A stretch of 64,000 bases of DNA from Guillardia theta CCMP2712 (taxonomy: Eukaryota; Protista; Cryptophyta). Location of the stretch: the NCBI RefSeq assembly GCF_000315625.1, contig NW_005434669.1, positions 221,238 to 285,237 of the forward strand, written 5' to 3'. Below, in pieces: positions 1-11,700 of this stretch. Within the stretch, counting starts at the first letter, position 1, and the number at the start of each line of letters is the position of its first letter. The notes under the pieces were generated by a model. The model was not told the origin of the DNA. It saw nothing but the letters and a program-made list of their open reading frames with translations, and made no database searches. The position numbers were made by a program, and so were the translations under genes.

Positions 1-187
1 AGGGGGAAGATTGTGAGTGGAGGAGGGAGGGCAAGGGGACGAGACCGTCTGAAGACGGGAGGGATGGATGATGTAGGAGAGTAATTGGAGAAAATGCAGA
101 GGCCGACTCCTCATCATCTTCCTCCTCTTCCTCCTCTTCCTCCTCCTCCTCCTCTTGCCGGATTCATCCTTGTGATCTGAACTCCAG

Positions 188-832
188 CTGGGAAAAGGAG
201 CTGATCTTCTCATCCACGAGGCCACTCATGCAGATGACATGCTGGACAAGGCCAAGTCTGACAGGTCTTCCCCTGCCTTCCCCTGCCTCCTCCTCCTCCT
301 TCTCCTCCTCCTCCTCCCTGCCTCCATGCATTTCTTCTTCCTCCTCTCCACCTGCTCCTCTTCGATTCGCTGTGCAGCATTCCAGTCCTCTAGTTGCTTC
401 GACTGACAAAACCTGCAGGCACTGCACCGTAGAGGAGGCGGTGGGGGTTGCCAGGAGCATGGAGGCCAAGCACACGATCCTCACTCACTTCAGCAGCCGG
501 TTCGAGAAGCTCCTTCCTGACCTCCGAACATATCGAGAGGTTCCAATCCTGTCTTGTCTCCTCATCCTCCTTACCCTTCCTCTTCCTGCTTCTCTGTACT
601 CCCGGTCGTCTCCTCTTCGTCTGTCAACACTCTGCTAGGCCAGCAACATCGCGTGTGCGGTAGATGGCATGCAAGTGAGCTCGGAACGACTTCACCTCCT
701 CCCTCTTGTCAAGTGAGCTGCGGAAAAACTCACCCCTCCTCTTTTTGACCGATGAGCAGCGACATCGTCAGCGACATCCTTCTGGCCGAGTACGGGGATG
801 AGGAGGAGGCAAGTGAACAGGGCGAACTATAG
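188..832 (+). CDS. Ribonuclease Z (ELAC/tRNase Z family), 3' portion; 5' part lies outside the window
   Basis: Spliced exons ~188-264, 419-539, 639-712, ~760-832 read GADLLIHEATHADDMLDKAKSDR-HCTVEEAVGVARSMEAKHTILTHFSSRF...; HEAT, H(S/C)T and LTHFSxR motifs are typical of RNase Z; stop TAG 830-832. Confidence 0.85.
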
Positions 833-978
833 GCGAGTTGACGAAGCGGGGAGAGATCAGCATTGATCGACAATCTTTCATGAATCGGTTCTCAACAACA
901 GTGATGATGCTGTTGAACCTTGTCGACGTCTCCTTCCTCACTGAAAATACCATGAGCTCTCAACTGTATTCGAGAAGA

Positions 979-2120
979 TCAACACACCTGCTTCACTCCG
1001 GAGATCACGATGCAGTCGACATCAACTTTCCACATTGTGAACTGATACTCCATCTCCGTCTTGGTGTTGGTCACTCCTGCTCACCAAACCTCAGCCTTCA
1101 AGGTCGCAGGGAGCACCATAACCTTCACCTGCTTGCGCCAGAAGGTCGTGAAGCTGATCCTCGTGATAGACTTCATGCCCGTCATGCGCGTGCTCGTGCC
1201 CATGCCCGTGACTGCACAAAAATGAGCCTCCTCCACCTCTGTCCTCCTCCCCTCCCCAGTCTACCATCCTCGCTCTCCTTCCCTCCCTCCTCTTCCTCTT
1301 CTACTCACCCTTTCCCGTGCCCGTGCCCGTGGCCATGCCCTTGCTCATGCCCATGATTGTGCTCGTGCCCATGATTGTGCTCGTGCCCATGATTGTGCTC
1401 GTGGCCGTCGCCATGCTCGCCATGGAAGGGAACTCCTCCCTTGAACTCTGCGAGGATGAAGTGTCCGCCAGGCTTCAAGCAAGCAGCAACCTTCTTCACA
1501 ACCTGCTTCAACAGTGAGAGGTGGACGGAGGAGGGCAAGGGAGGGCAGCACGTCGTATCCTGCTTCTCGAGGATGGAGGTGCCCGATGACATAGGAGATG
1601 ATGACCATGTCTTTCGTGCCAACGTGTGGCTTGAGCTCCTCGACAGGGTTGGGTGAAGTCTTGAGAGAGGTCAGCTTGGCTTTCACTTCCTCCTTCTCCT
1701 GCTCTGCTCATAGAACAACATTATGGAAGGTCCTATCGCAAGCAACTGGACGCGCCTTTCAGCTTCTCAAACTGCCCCAGCATTCCGTCAGACACATCTG
1801 CCCCGAGGACGCTCTTCACTTCTGAAAGTGCAGCAAGCTTGCGGGCAGCAACGCCTGGTCCGCACCCGAAGTCTGTTGGAAGGAGTCCGTCAGCTCGACG
1901 CGCTATCACAGCCGGCATCGTCACCTAGAATGTCGCTTCCAGGCTTGAGGTATCTCTTGACGCATGATACGACATGCTCAGCATTCGACTGAACGATTTG
2001 CTGCAAGACTGTAAGGAGAATGGAAGGAACATATGAAAAAGCTACCTCCTTCACGTACTCTTCAGCCTTGGAGTCGTCGAAGACCATGTGATCCTTGGGA
2101 TGGTGGTGGTGATCCGACAT
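979..2120 (-). CDS. Class I SAM-dependent methyltransferase with His-rich insertion (multi-exon)
   Basis: ATG 2120 MSDHHHHPKDH...; spliced ILDFGCGPG motif I, VLGADVSDGML motif II, LKPGGHFILAEF; (GHEHNH)3 and GHGHGH insert; probable stop 979-981. Confidence 0.75.
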
Positions 2121-3063
2121 CTTTTGAGAGCGAAGCAAGGGAAACGCCAGCCCACAACCACAATGCGACACGTCGATGTAAGTAAACAGCCAAATTAACA
2201 GGACATGTCTGGTTAGCCTCCAAGCCATTCAGAACTTCCAACTGATCGAAAATGCACATGAGGTTGGATCAAGACAATCAAATCAATGTAAATGTCGCCT
2301 TCATTTCCTAATCCAATACATTCACATCCCTTCACGACACCTTCAACCTAATCTGCTCACCTCTATCCTGCCTCGTCCTGCCAGTTTTAACCCTAAATTT
2401 CTCGTGTCTGAGACGGTTGTCTACATTTCTCTCCTATTCCTTGCAAACTACTTACATGTCCGTGCCCGTTTTCAACCTGTTCTTCTAATCGCCTTCTACC
2501 TTCTCTCCCTCCCCTCCTCTCCCCTCCCCTCCCCTCCCCTCCTCTCCCCTCCCCTCCCTTCCTCTCCCCTCCTCTCCCCTCCCCTCGCAATGATCGTAGA
2601 GCGATTCCGCAGGATTCGCCCCCGATACTGTCCCCGTCCCCACCCCCACCATCCCTCTACCCCTTCACTACCCCCGTACTTCCCCTGACATCCTCACATC
2701 CCCCGATATTGACAAAGTAAGCAGTTTGAAACTTTGAAACGTTGAAACGTTGAAACTTTGAAACTATTTGAGCGCTCCTCCGGAAACTTTGAATGTTTTA
2801 TAGTCACCCCGCCCGGAGGTTTGCGGCGCCGTGACTGTCGGCTAGGACTGGGGGCAACATTTTCCGATGAAACCTCTTGGAGGGGTTTTTGATAGAGGTG
2901 GAGGGGGGTGGGTGGTAGTTTAGCCGCAACTTTTATCATCCAAACAAGTCGAGATGCATGTGGTTATGTAGAAGTGAAAGTGGTGATCTCAACAACCTTG
3001 AGTCGCCTTCAAGCATCTTTGAATACTTTAACACTGCCTGATGCTTCTGGCAGGTCACTTGTC

Positions 3064-4599
3064 ATGATCGCTCTGAAGTCGACCCATCGAGCTGCTGCGC
3101 TAACGACCCTGCTGCTCCTGCCGAGTATCCTCTGCAAACAAGAACTTGTCCAGATTCAAGTGATAACTCGACATGGTGCACGAACAGCCCTGCCAAAGAC
3201 AAAGAAGTTGCTTGAGGGGGGTAGCGCCCTGACGCCTCTGGGAGAGAAGCAACATTACGACCTGGGACTATGGTTGCGCAAAAGATACATCTCGAGTAAG
3301 GACGATCCCCTGCGCCTGTCTAAGTTCGATTACACCAAAGTTTACTTGATGAGTTCTGAATTCGACCGTACTATGGTGTCTGCGACATCACTCTTGACAG
3401 GACTTTTCCCCGAGGACAGCAGGAACAATGATGTGATGGGTTATTCTCTGCTCCCTGCAGGCACGCCTCGAGCAAACATCCCGCTGCATGTCAAGGAGAA
3501 CGGAAGAGACATCACGATCCGAGCATACGACAAGTGCCCGTCCTTTGTGCAAGACCTGCAACGCTTCTATGAAACCCCGGAGTTCAGGACCAGACAGCAG
3601 GAGCACAAGGATAGTGGACTCCTCTACAAGGTTGCCAAGTCGGCGACCCTGCAGAAGTATGCTGAGGCTGACGAGGACGGGAGACACTTCATACCGCTGA
3701 CAGAGATCTGGAATGCTTTTGACGAGATCAATGTCGCCAAGACAGAGTGCTCGGATGATGCCGCCGGCAGCGGCACGTGCAAAGCTTTGACTGAGCCGTC
3801 ATTGCAGAACTTGCTGTCTGAAAGCGAGTGGTTGGAGCTCAAAAAGCTGGCGTTCTGGGTGGAGGCGAAGAAATACGGACGGGAGAATGCGGGGTCTAGA
3901 CTGGGAAACATTATGTTGGATATTCTTCGAAGGATGGGACCTGTGCTGAAGGATGGCGAAATCGTGACCACGAAAACTCCTGAAGAGCTCGACTCCTTTG
4001 TGCTTTACTCAGCCCACTACGCCACAATCTTGGGAGCTCTTGCAGCTTTGGATGTCTCTGCATTTAATGGTGACTTTCTGAAGGACAGAATTCCGGAATA
4101 CGCCGCTGCTTTAATATTCGAGCTCTATTTCGACAGCGAGACAAAAAGTTACTCGGTTCAAGTCTTATTCAAGGACGGCGGGAAAGAATCAGCAGAATAC
4201 CTTGCGCTGCAAGAAGACTGTGGCAAGACTGGGCCTTGTCCTCTCCAGGTGCTTGTGAAGCGGCTTCAGCAGATGGGATACGACGACGACCTTGGCTGGT
4301 GCAGGGTCTGCTCAAATTCCGATTCTGAAACTTGCCAACTCGGACGCTACCGATCCACCCCGTACAGCGCACACATCGCGGCGGCAGCACTCAGTAGCTC
4401 TGCTGGAGTGATCTTGTTGTTCTGCTTGCTCTCGTTGCTCAGGAGGCGATACAACCGCTACCTCAACGATCGCCGAGCAAAAGCGCTGGACTCGAGTCAA
4501 CTTGAGACTCTTGAACTCAAATCGCACAAACGGGCTGAGCCTGAGGATCGCTCGCAAGTCCAAGCGACCTCGACTACTCCTTCCTATGATGTCGCATGA
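3064..4599 (+). CDS. Histidine acid phosphatase (clade 2, lysosomal/prostatic-like), signal peptide plus C-terminal TM helix; single exon
   Basis: VITRHGART (RHGxRxP-like), LTPLGEKQHYDLGLWLRKRY, SSEFDRTMVSA, LYSAHYAT, YAAALIFELY, CPL motifs; hydrophobic N-terminus; TM (AGVILLFCLLSLL) followed by RRR. Confidence 0.88.
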   Translation: MIALKSTHRAAALTTLLLLPSILCKQELVQIQVITRHGARTALPKTKKLLEGGSALTPLGEKQHYDLGLWLRKRYISSKDDPLRLSKFDYTKVYLMSSEFDRTMVSATSLLTGLFPEDSRNNDVMGYSLLPAGTPRANIPLHVKENGRDITIRAYDKCPSFVQDLQRFYETPEFRTRQQEHKDSGLLYKVAKSATLQKYAEADEDGRHFIPLTEIWNAFDEINVAKTECSDDAAGSGTCKALTEPSLQNLLSESEWLELKKLAFWVEAKKYGRENAGSRLGNIMLDILRRMGPVLKDGEIVTTKTPEELDSFVLYSAHYATILGALAALDVSAFNGDFLKDRIPEYAAALIFELYFDSETKSYSVQVLFKDGGKESAEYLALQEDCGKTGPCPLQVLVKRLQQMGYDDDLGWCRVCSNSDSETCQLGRYRSTPYSAHIAAAALSSSAGVILLFCLLSLLRRRYNRYLNDRRAKALDSSQLETLELKSHKRAEPEDRSQVQATSTTPSYDVA

Positions 4600-5075
4600 G
4601 CTGAATAGGTCGGAACGGTCGTCGTCACGGTCGGCCGCAGTGGCAGTTATTTTCTTAAGTAAAGCAGTTCCGGCGAAGCCTATCCGTCACTGTCTCCCAG
4701 GCTCTCGAGTTCGGGGCCGGGAGCCTCCCGGCGCCCCGGCCCGGGCGGCGATGTTGGCCCAGGCTGACTCACCGGGCGCCCCGCGCGGCCCCAGCGCGCC
4801 GGGCGGCGGGAGGCTTGCCATCAATGGACGGATCAATGGAGGTTTCACTGGGCCGCCCAGACAAAGCACTACAAGAAATCAACACATACCTGAAAATACG
4901 AATTGCCCCTTCGACTGCAGGGATCGTAGGGGCGGGAATGCAGTGGGTGCTCAGAATCGCTACATGTGCCGAGGGGAAGTGAGAGAGGAGGAGAGGGAGA
5001 GGGAAGCGAGACGAGCCTGAGGTCAGACATCAGGATCAAGTGCAACAAGCAAGAGTGTGAACCGATCACTTCAAC

Positions 5076-7302
5076 ATGGCGAGCCGTGGAGCATGGAAGT
5101 TGAAGGTCCTAGCGAAGATTAGCAGCATAGCACGTCTCAGCTGGATACTTGTGTGCACCTGCCTTGCTCCTGCATCAGCTCAGCTTCTCACTCCTGGAAC
5201 CATGGCGCCCTACACTGGTCTCTACGTTATTGAAGTTTGCGCCGTTACATGACCCGGTCAATGTGTAGGTGGGGGACAGCGATCGCGAGGATTCGGTTAC
5301 GTGCGGGAGCCAGCAGAAGGTGTGGGACATGAATGCCTGTGGGGAGGAGGTGACTCACTGTCTGCGTCCTCCTTGCCTTCAGGATTTTTCATCGGAGGCT
5401 CGAGTATCAAAGAGATGAATGGCGTTTACAAGCGTGTCAGCGAGGTGTCGTGATTTCGACTTGGTGGGTTGAATTTGATCAAAGACGTTCAGGTCCCTTC
5501 TGATATCAAGCACAAATTTCAGCTTGCCTACCGGAAATGGCCTGTAGACGAGCATGATGATATGAGGGGGTGGCATCTCGGCCTTGTCGACGCTCCGGGT
5601 GTAAGTGAAGGAGATAATTGAGGAGTTCGGAGCTGACAAGAGGGCAGGAGGGCGCGAACTACCAGGCAGTGGGAGGCAAGAGATCAGAGTGGTTGTTCAT
5701 CGACACTGAACGGAAGGACCGATTCGGGCATCCGGGAGAAACCATCATCCCGGGATCTGGCGTCAGTTGGGAGCACCTTCATCGTTCGCAAGGCGGGCAA
5801 CCTGGAGAGGGCAGCGGCAACCAGGTCATGCAAGCCAGAGGCGACGACGAGGACGAGCTGCCATGGCAAGTGATCTTCATCGGGGATGCAGCGGTGAGTC
5901 GATCGGGCTGCGTCGTGGCTGTTCCTTGATGAAAGTACGGCAGATGGTGGAGAACCTTCGTCACCATCATCGTTATCATGAGAGAACGCAGCAGCAAGCG
6001 CTTATCGGCTCCAACCTTCCCTTCGTCCCTGACTGCGGGGAGACGAACGAGGATGGCAGCTGCAAGGACGACGTACCTGTGCAGGACTTCACGATCCCTG
6101 AGGTGATGCACGGAAGTTGGTGTAGGGTGTGGGAGCTGACGGCATTTGTGCAGGAGGCAACAAGGTTGTTTGAAGATGGCGAGTTTGAGCGAGCAGCAGA
6201 GGTGTATCATACGGCGCTGCAAGGAGAGTGCGCAGATTGTCATTCGGATCTATCCAAAGATTGGAGGGATGCGGTTTTCCGCAGGCTCAAGGCACGGAGT
6301 CTGAGGAGGAGCAAGAAGTACCCTGAAGCTCTTCTTGAGATCGCTGCGGCCCTTCGTCGTTTCCCCCGATACAAGGATGCTCACTTTGAGCTTGGTCTGA
6401 CGCTGCTGGACGCCGGTTACCCCCGGGTTGCAGTTGCGTCCTTCGAGCGGCTGCTGCACATCGACCGCAAGTGGCCGCAACTGGACGAGTGGCTGACGAG
6501 GTCACAAGTGTTCATGATGAGGGATGAAGAGATGAGGCAGCAGATGCAGTCCGTCCCTCAGCTGGAAAGCGCCGACCTGGAGTTTGTGCGAGCGATGAGT
6601 TTGGCCATGCAGCAGTGCGGCTTCGTCGTGAACAACGAGCCCCCGAGCACTGCAGACCACTACACGTTCCTTGGGGTCAACTTGGACCACTCGGTCGACG
6701 AGCTCAAGAAGGCTTACAAGCGCCTCAGCAAAGTCTACCACCCAGACCGGCAGGGAGGCTCTAACAGCGCGTTCCAACGGGTGGCCCTGGCGTACGAGAC
6801 TTTGATTGATGAGCAGAGGAGGCGGCAGTATAACCTCGGCAACGACCTGAAGCGACCAATCATGCAGGACGGGAGCGAAGGGCCGCCCTTCCACGAGCGA
6901 GTCGAAAGGCACTACTTCCCAGAGCACTTCGACTTCCTCCCTTTCGGCGATCCCTTCGAGCGGAAACGTCAGTTGCATGAAGAGAGGAAGCAGCGCCAGC
7001 CGCTCGAGAGCAACCAGCCAGACGTCCCGCCCGGAAGCTACATGGGGAGCTGTCATGGATGCAGGCTCGTATCGGAGGGGAGGAGGCTACATTGCACGCA
7101 ATGTATGAACACGAGAGGAGAGAGGGTTGATTCAAGCATCTTGCTGAGTGACTGCTCGGAAGAAGAGCACGTCGGCAACGCCGATGGCAGGCTGACGTGC
7201 GAGAAAAAACCAGCTCATCTGTTAAACGCGGGGGAGGATCACCATGCAACGGAGCCAGGGGAGGAAATTTCACACCAAGACAGCAAAAGACCAGAACTTT
7301 GA
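5076..7302 (+). CDS. Secretory-pathway TPR + DnaJ + CVNH-like domain protein ending in RPEL
   Basis: Signal-like exon 1 (...LSWILVCTCLAPASAQ); TPR-like helices (FEDGEFERAAEVY; YKDAHFELGLTLLDAG); J domain DHYTFLGV...ELKKAYKRLSKVYHPDRQGG...FQRVALAYETL; C-terminal GSYMGSCHGC...LHCTQC...G...SSILLSDC...VGNADGRLTC. Confidence 0.8.
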
Positions 7303-7344
7303 GCAATATCTTTCCAACAAGTTGGAGCTGTTTTGATCTTTACA

Positions 7345-9020
7345 TTAACTTTCAAATGAATGATGAAGCTCTTCGATCATATACAAAAGAATTGCCGTCC
7401 ATTTGTAGATAGAGAATGGACTCGTAACAAGCGTTGGATATGTACACCAGGCCTTAAAGCGGCCTTCAAAGCTTCCTGACAACGCCAAATGCATTTCGTT
7501 GGGGTGTTTGCCCCTGTATAATCCTCTGTAGAGCTGATGAGAAAATTCAAACAGAAAGCTTCTCAGCACCTGGATCGCAATTTCTTCCAAAGAGTCCTGA
7601 TTATCATGTCTCATGACCCGCAGAACTGCGTATTGGATTCACTTCACCATATTCCGTTCACCATATCATGACAACATTACCTGCCACCGAGCCTTCTGCT
7701 CCCACCAGCAATCGATTCGCTTCTACAGGTGAGAGCTTTGAGATGTCATTCCCGTCGACGGTTATGACTCTACAGTTCGCTGTCAGTACCTGGTGATGCT
7801 TGCTCTGTTCGAGCATGACCCCACCTATCTCCGACCGAGATCCTCCCGCTCAAGGCCGCAACGCCTCCATCCTTCAACCTCACCACCTTCAACCCCGGCA
7901 GCATGGACTCGTCCTCGTCCCTTCCGAACGTGATCCCCAGCGTTATCTGCATTTCCATCTCACTTTCCGACTGATACACCTGACCCTGGTACCTGCTTGC
8001 CGGTGGCGAGGGGGTTGTTGTCTACTTGGGCTGTGTAGCTCGAGGTTCTCTTAGGCTGTTGTGGAGATGGTCTGGGAAGATGAGGAGACGGTGCCTGAAG
8101 GCTCAACCATCAACAAGACTGAGCTGTAGAAAGCTGGTGGCTGAGTACCTTGACGTTGTGGGCTGGAGGTGCCTTGTGGTCACTGACCTGAGTCTTCATC
8201 GGCGATTCCATCGCCATGCTCTTGAAAGTATCCACAGTCTGAGGGTGGCTTCCAATCAGAGACAGCAAGTACTCTGCGCTATCAGGACCTGGCCCGAGTA
8301 TGGCAGAGCAGAGTCAACGATGCCACGAGAAAGCACGACTTCGTCCAAGGGTTGCAGAGGCATTTCCGCTATTACCCCGCCTTCGTTGTGATGCCTTGGA
8401 GCAAGCGCCGTCAGACTCAGCGAGGTCAAGAGCTGATGTACCGCCAAGGAGGAGACTCAGGAGGAGTGAGAATTTCAGGCGAGTCCATCCTCCTGTAGAG
8501 ATCAGACAGGCTCGGTTCGGATGTGTGAGCCTGTTGTGGGGAGTCAGCAGGGTTGTGAGAGATGCTGACACCTCTCCTGAGAGAAGTCTGTTCCAGTTTC
8601 AGAGAGAGCAGACTCGTAGCTGTACATGTCCGGAATCCTGCGTTCACTTCGCCGTAAGACCTCCAGCAAGACCATGGAAGTTCGCATACGGGTCAAGCTT
8701 AATCTTCTGCATCATTCTTGAAGCGTGGTCGATCCAATTGTCCACAATGTGAGCATCTCTGAGGTTCTTGTTGTTGTTGACCTGAGATTCCAAGATTGAG
8801 AGAGACCACAACAGCGTCAAGTAACCAGTCGAGTAAGAGCTTGACCGATCTCGTCAGATGTTGGTTCTACATTGCCTCTAGCCCTGATAGTAGAGGGACA
8901 GCAGAATGAAGTCAGATTTGAAAGCAAGGTGCATCCTCCACTCACGCGTGCGGGAGAGACATTGAAGATCCTCGCCTGTTGATAGACCCTTGTTGAAGGT
9001 TCATAGGAAAAACATGCATA
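7345..9020 (-). CDS. PDZ-domain-containing protein (multi-exon, boundaries approximate)
   Basis: Exon ~7823-7980 encodes TLGITFGRDEDESMLPGLKVVRLKDGGVAALSGRISVGD, followed by an exon with EANRLLVGAEGS: PDZ fold signature; further coding-like exons upstream to ~9020. Confidence 0.55.
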
Positions 9021-10285
9021 TGCGGATACATCGTCGTCTAGTCGCCTGAACTCGGTTCGCTTGTTACACCGATATCATACTTTTGACAACCAACGATTTG
9101 CTTTCCTGTAGCAAAAAAGTTGGTAAGAGTGAAGATATCAACTCAAACATTATCGGCGATCATCAGCAAAGATCCTTGCGAAGCTTTCTACTTCATCGCT
9201 ACTTTCATTCATTTCTTGCCTTCTCCTCAGAGACTTGACATGCCTGGACTTTTCCTTCCCGCCGTCTGTTTCTGGCTCCAGCCTCCATTATCCCTCTTGA
9301 TTCCTCCCTCCCTTCTTTCTCTCTATCACCTTCTCCCCTACTGTCTTGCTGTCCTCCCCCTTCATCGATTCTCGTCCGCTGGTTTCCATGCATTCAGCTT
9401 GGCCCAAATGCTGTAGGAGAAGTGGGGGGGTGGGGTGGGGCTGATGAGGGGTAGCGGGTTCTAGGGGTGTGTAGGGTACCGTAGCACGTCCTAGGTAGAG
9501 CAACTTATGGTAGATAGGGGTGGTCATCTGGATATACGGAGGGTTGCGTTCCGAATTCCATTGTCGGAAGGAGGGGTGTCGTCAAACATGTGACCACTGG
9601 GGGTGGGGTGGTGGAGAATAACATCATACATGGGATGGGGGTAACCGTACTAGGGGTCACGGGTGGTTCCAGGACCGGGTGCAGTCGTACCGGTAGAATC
9701 TCCGGGCAGAGTTGGCTCTCCGGAGGTCGAAGGGGGGTCATTTCTCATGTAGCAAGGGGGTACCGATGAGTGGTAGTGTATAGGGGTACTGGTGATGACT
9801 TCAGAAGGGGGGTCCGATCACTGTGCGCCAGTTGGCAAATTGACTGCTTGTAGGGAAATTAGGAGGGAGGTCCTCAGCGGGAAACCCGGGGTTCATTTCA
9901 GTGTACTTAACTCCTGACTCTAGCCGGATGAGCCCGGCGCTCTTGGGTGCCCGGCCCGGGGGCCCGACAACAGGCTCACTCAGTCACTCAGCACCGCAGC
10001 GCCCGGGCCCGGCCCGGGGGCAGAAGCCGCCGCCGGGCCTCCGACGAGTCATGCGTTGAGGCGGACCCGGAAATACAGCCGAAAGTTCTGGTCTGCCTGT
10101 ATTTGTGGTACACCAGCGCTTCCAACAGAACACCGTGAATGAAGTATTTTTCGGGAAGCGAGGGAGGGAAGCAGTAGGCGGTACGGTGATCCAGCAGCGA
10201 CCCGTCAACAAGACCGTGGTTGGGGATAGATCATTTCTGGAAACGTTTGACGCAGGTTTGTTCCTTGCCCATCGGTCTGATCAGG

Positions 10286-11647
10286 ATGAGCGGAGAGAAG
10301 AAGCCTTTGTTCCCAGCGGCTCAGTTCCAGGGGAGCATGCTCTTTCCTTCAGGTCAGTTGCTTTTCTCATCCAGTGTGCATCTTTACTCTTGCAGCAGCA
10401 GCAGCAGCAGCAGCAGGAGCAGCAGCAGGAGCAGGAACCGTGTTCCCCAGCTTCTCGAGCAGCGGAGCAGATCCCAACGGAGTGAGTCAGCCGGGCTCGT
10501 CTTGGCTCAAGTGCTCAAGTTTCAAGCCCGTGGACATGGCTCAGGCCGAGGGCAAGCAGCAGACCAACATACTGAAAGCTACGGAGAATTTGCGCAGCCA
10601 TGAGTTCATGGATGAGGACCTTCGTGAAAGCACATTCGGCGGTCGCCTCTCGCCCTTGGAAAATAAGAGGGATGAGAAGAGGGAAGAGCAGCGAAGGAAG
10701 GTCTTTCGATTGGAGCTTTCCTCTGATTCAGAATCAGGTGGTTGGACTTTTGATTTTTTCGGTTCTGATTCGAACCTTTGCAGATAGCAAATCGAGGCAT
10801 AAGAAGAAATCGAAGCACAAGAGCTCGAAATCAAGCAAAAGGAGTCGTGAAAAGCATAGATCAAGGGAGGAGGAAGAGGTGAGGAAACCCAAACGCGAGA
10901 AGATCGAGGAAGTGTCCAATTATAGCAAAATCTCCTTGGCCGATCTTTGGCGGAAGAACCAGGTCATGACCATGTTCTTTGATCGTATTGGGGACAAGGT
11001 AAGTTTCTTTGTTCCTTCTCACTCAGATGAACTACTGCATGTCCGCACGTGGCATCCGGCCATGTGACTGATCTCATACATGACGGCTTGTTTCAGGCGA
11101 ACCTCGAGTATGGGCACCCGTTCAAACTCGACGTCCCGATGTACCGCATCCAGAGGTTTTGGGCTGGAAATGGTTTCATGAAGAGGAGGACGGCGATAGT
11201 TTCAATGTTGGGTTTACCTTCCATGGGATTGAAGGGAGACGCACGTGGAACTTGGCGATATGTGCGAGCTCAGCAGATTCTGAGGCTCCAGAGCACTCAG
11301 ATCAAGTTGTTGAAGTTGACTGCGCAGAAAGGTATGCGGAGAGTCTGTGGGTGCATTTGCAAGAGCCATTATTGTGAGATATTGTGAGAGATACAAGGGG
11401 GATGGCCTTGAATGATGTCTGGTTCTTCAAGAGAGTTCTTGTGTAAAGTTGGGCTTGCAGACGAGAATTCTCAGCCGCTGAAAAGGCAGAATGAATTCAT
11501 CTCAATCGTCGATTCGAAGTCTGCTGAACTCTCTGCTGGGGAGAGTCTGGAAGATGCCCTTGCAAGGTGAGATTCTTTTCTGAGATTCTTCCAGCGCTCC
11601 TCCCCTCCCTCTGTCTCTTCCTCTGCCTCTCTCCCTCGCGCCCTCAC

Positions 11648-11700
<53 letters not shown>

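Noticed and set aside
2725-2765. GAAAC-ending repeats resembling CRISPR repeat termini
   Set aside because: Units are only 8 bp and contiguous, with no spacers and no cas genes, in a eukaryotic context.
2908-3063. N-terminal extension of the phosphatase ORF from a GTG start
   Set aside because: Non-ATG start; ATG 3064 gives a plausible signal peptide.
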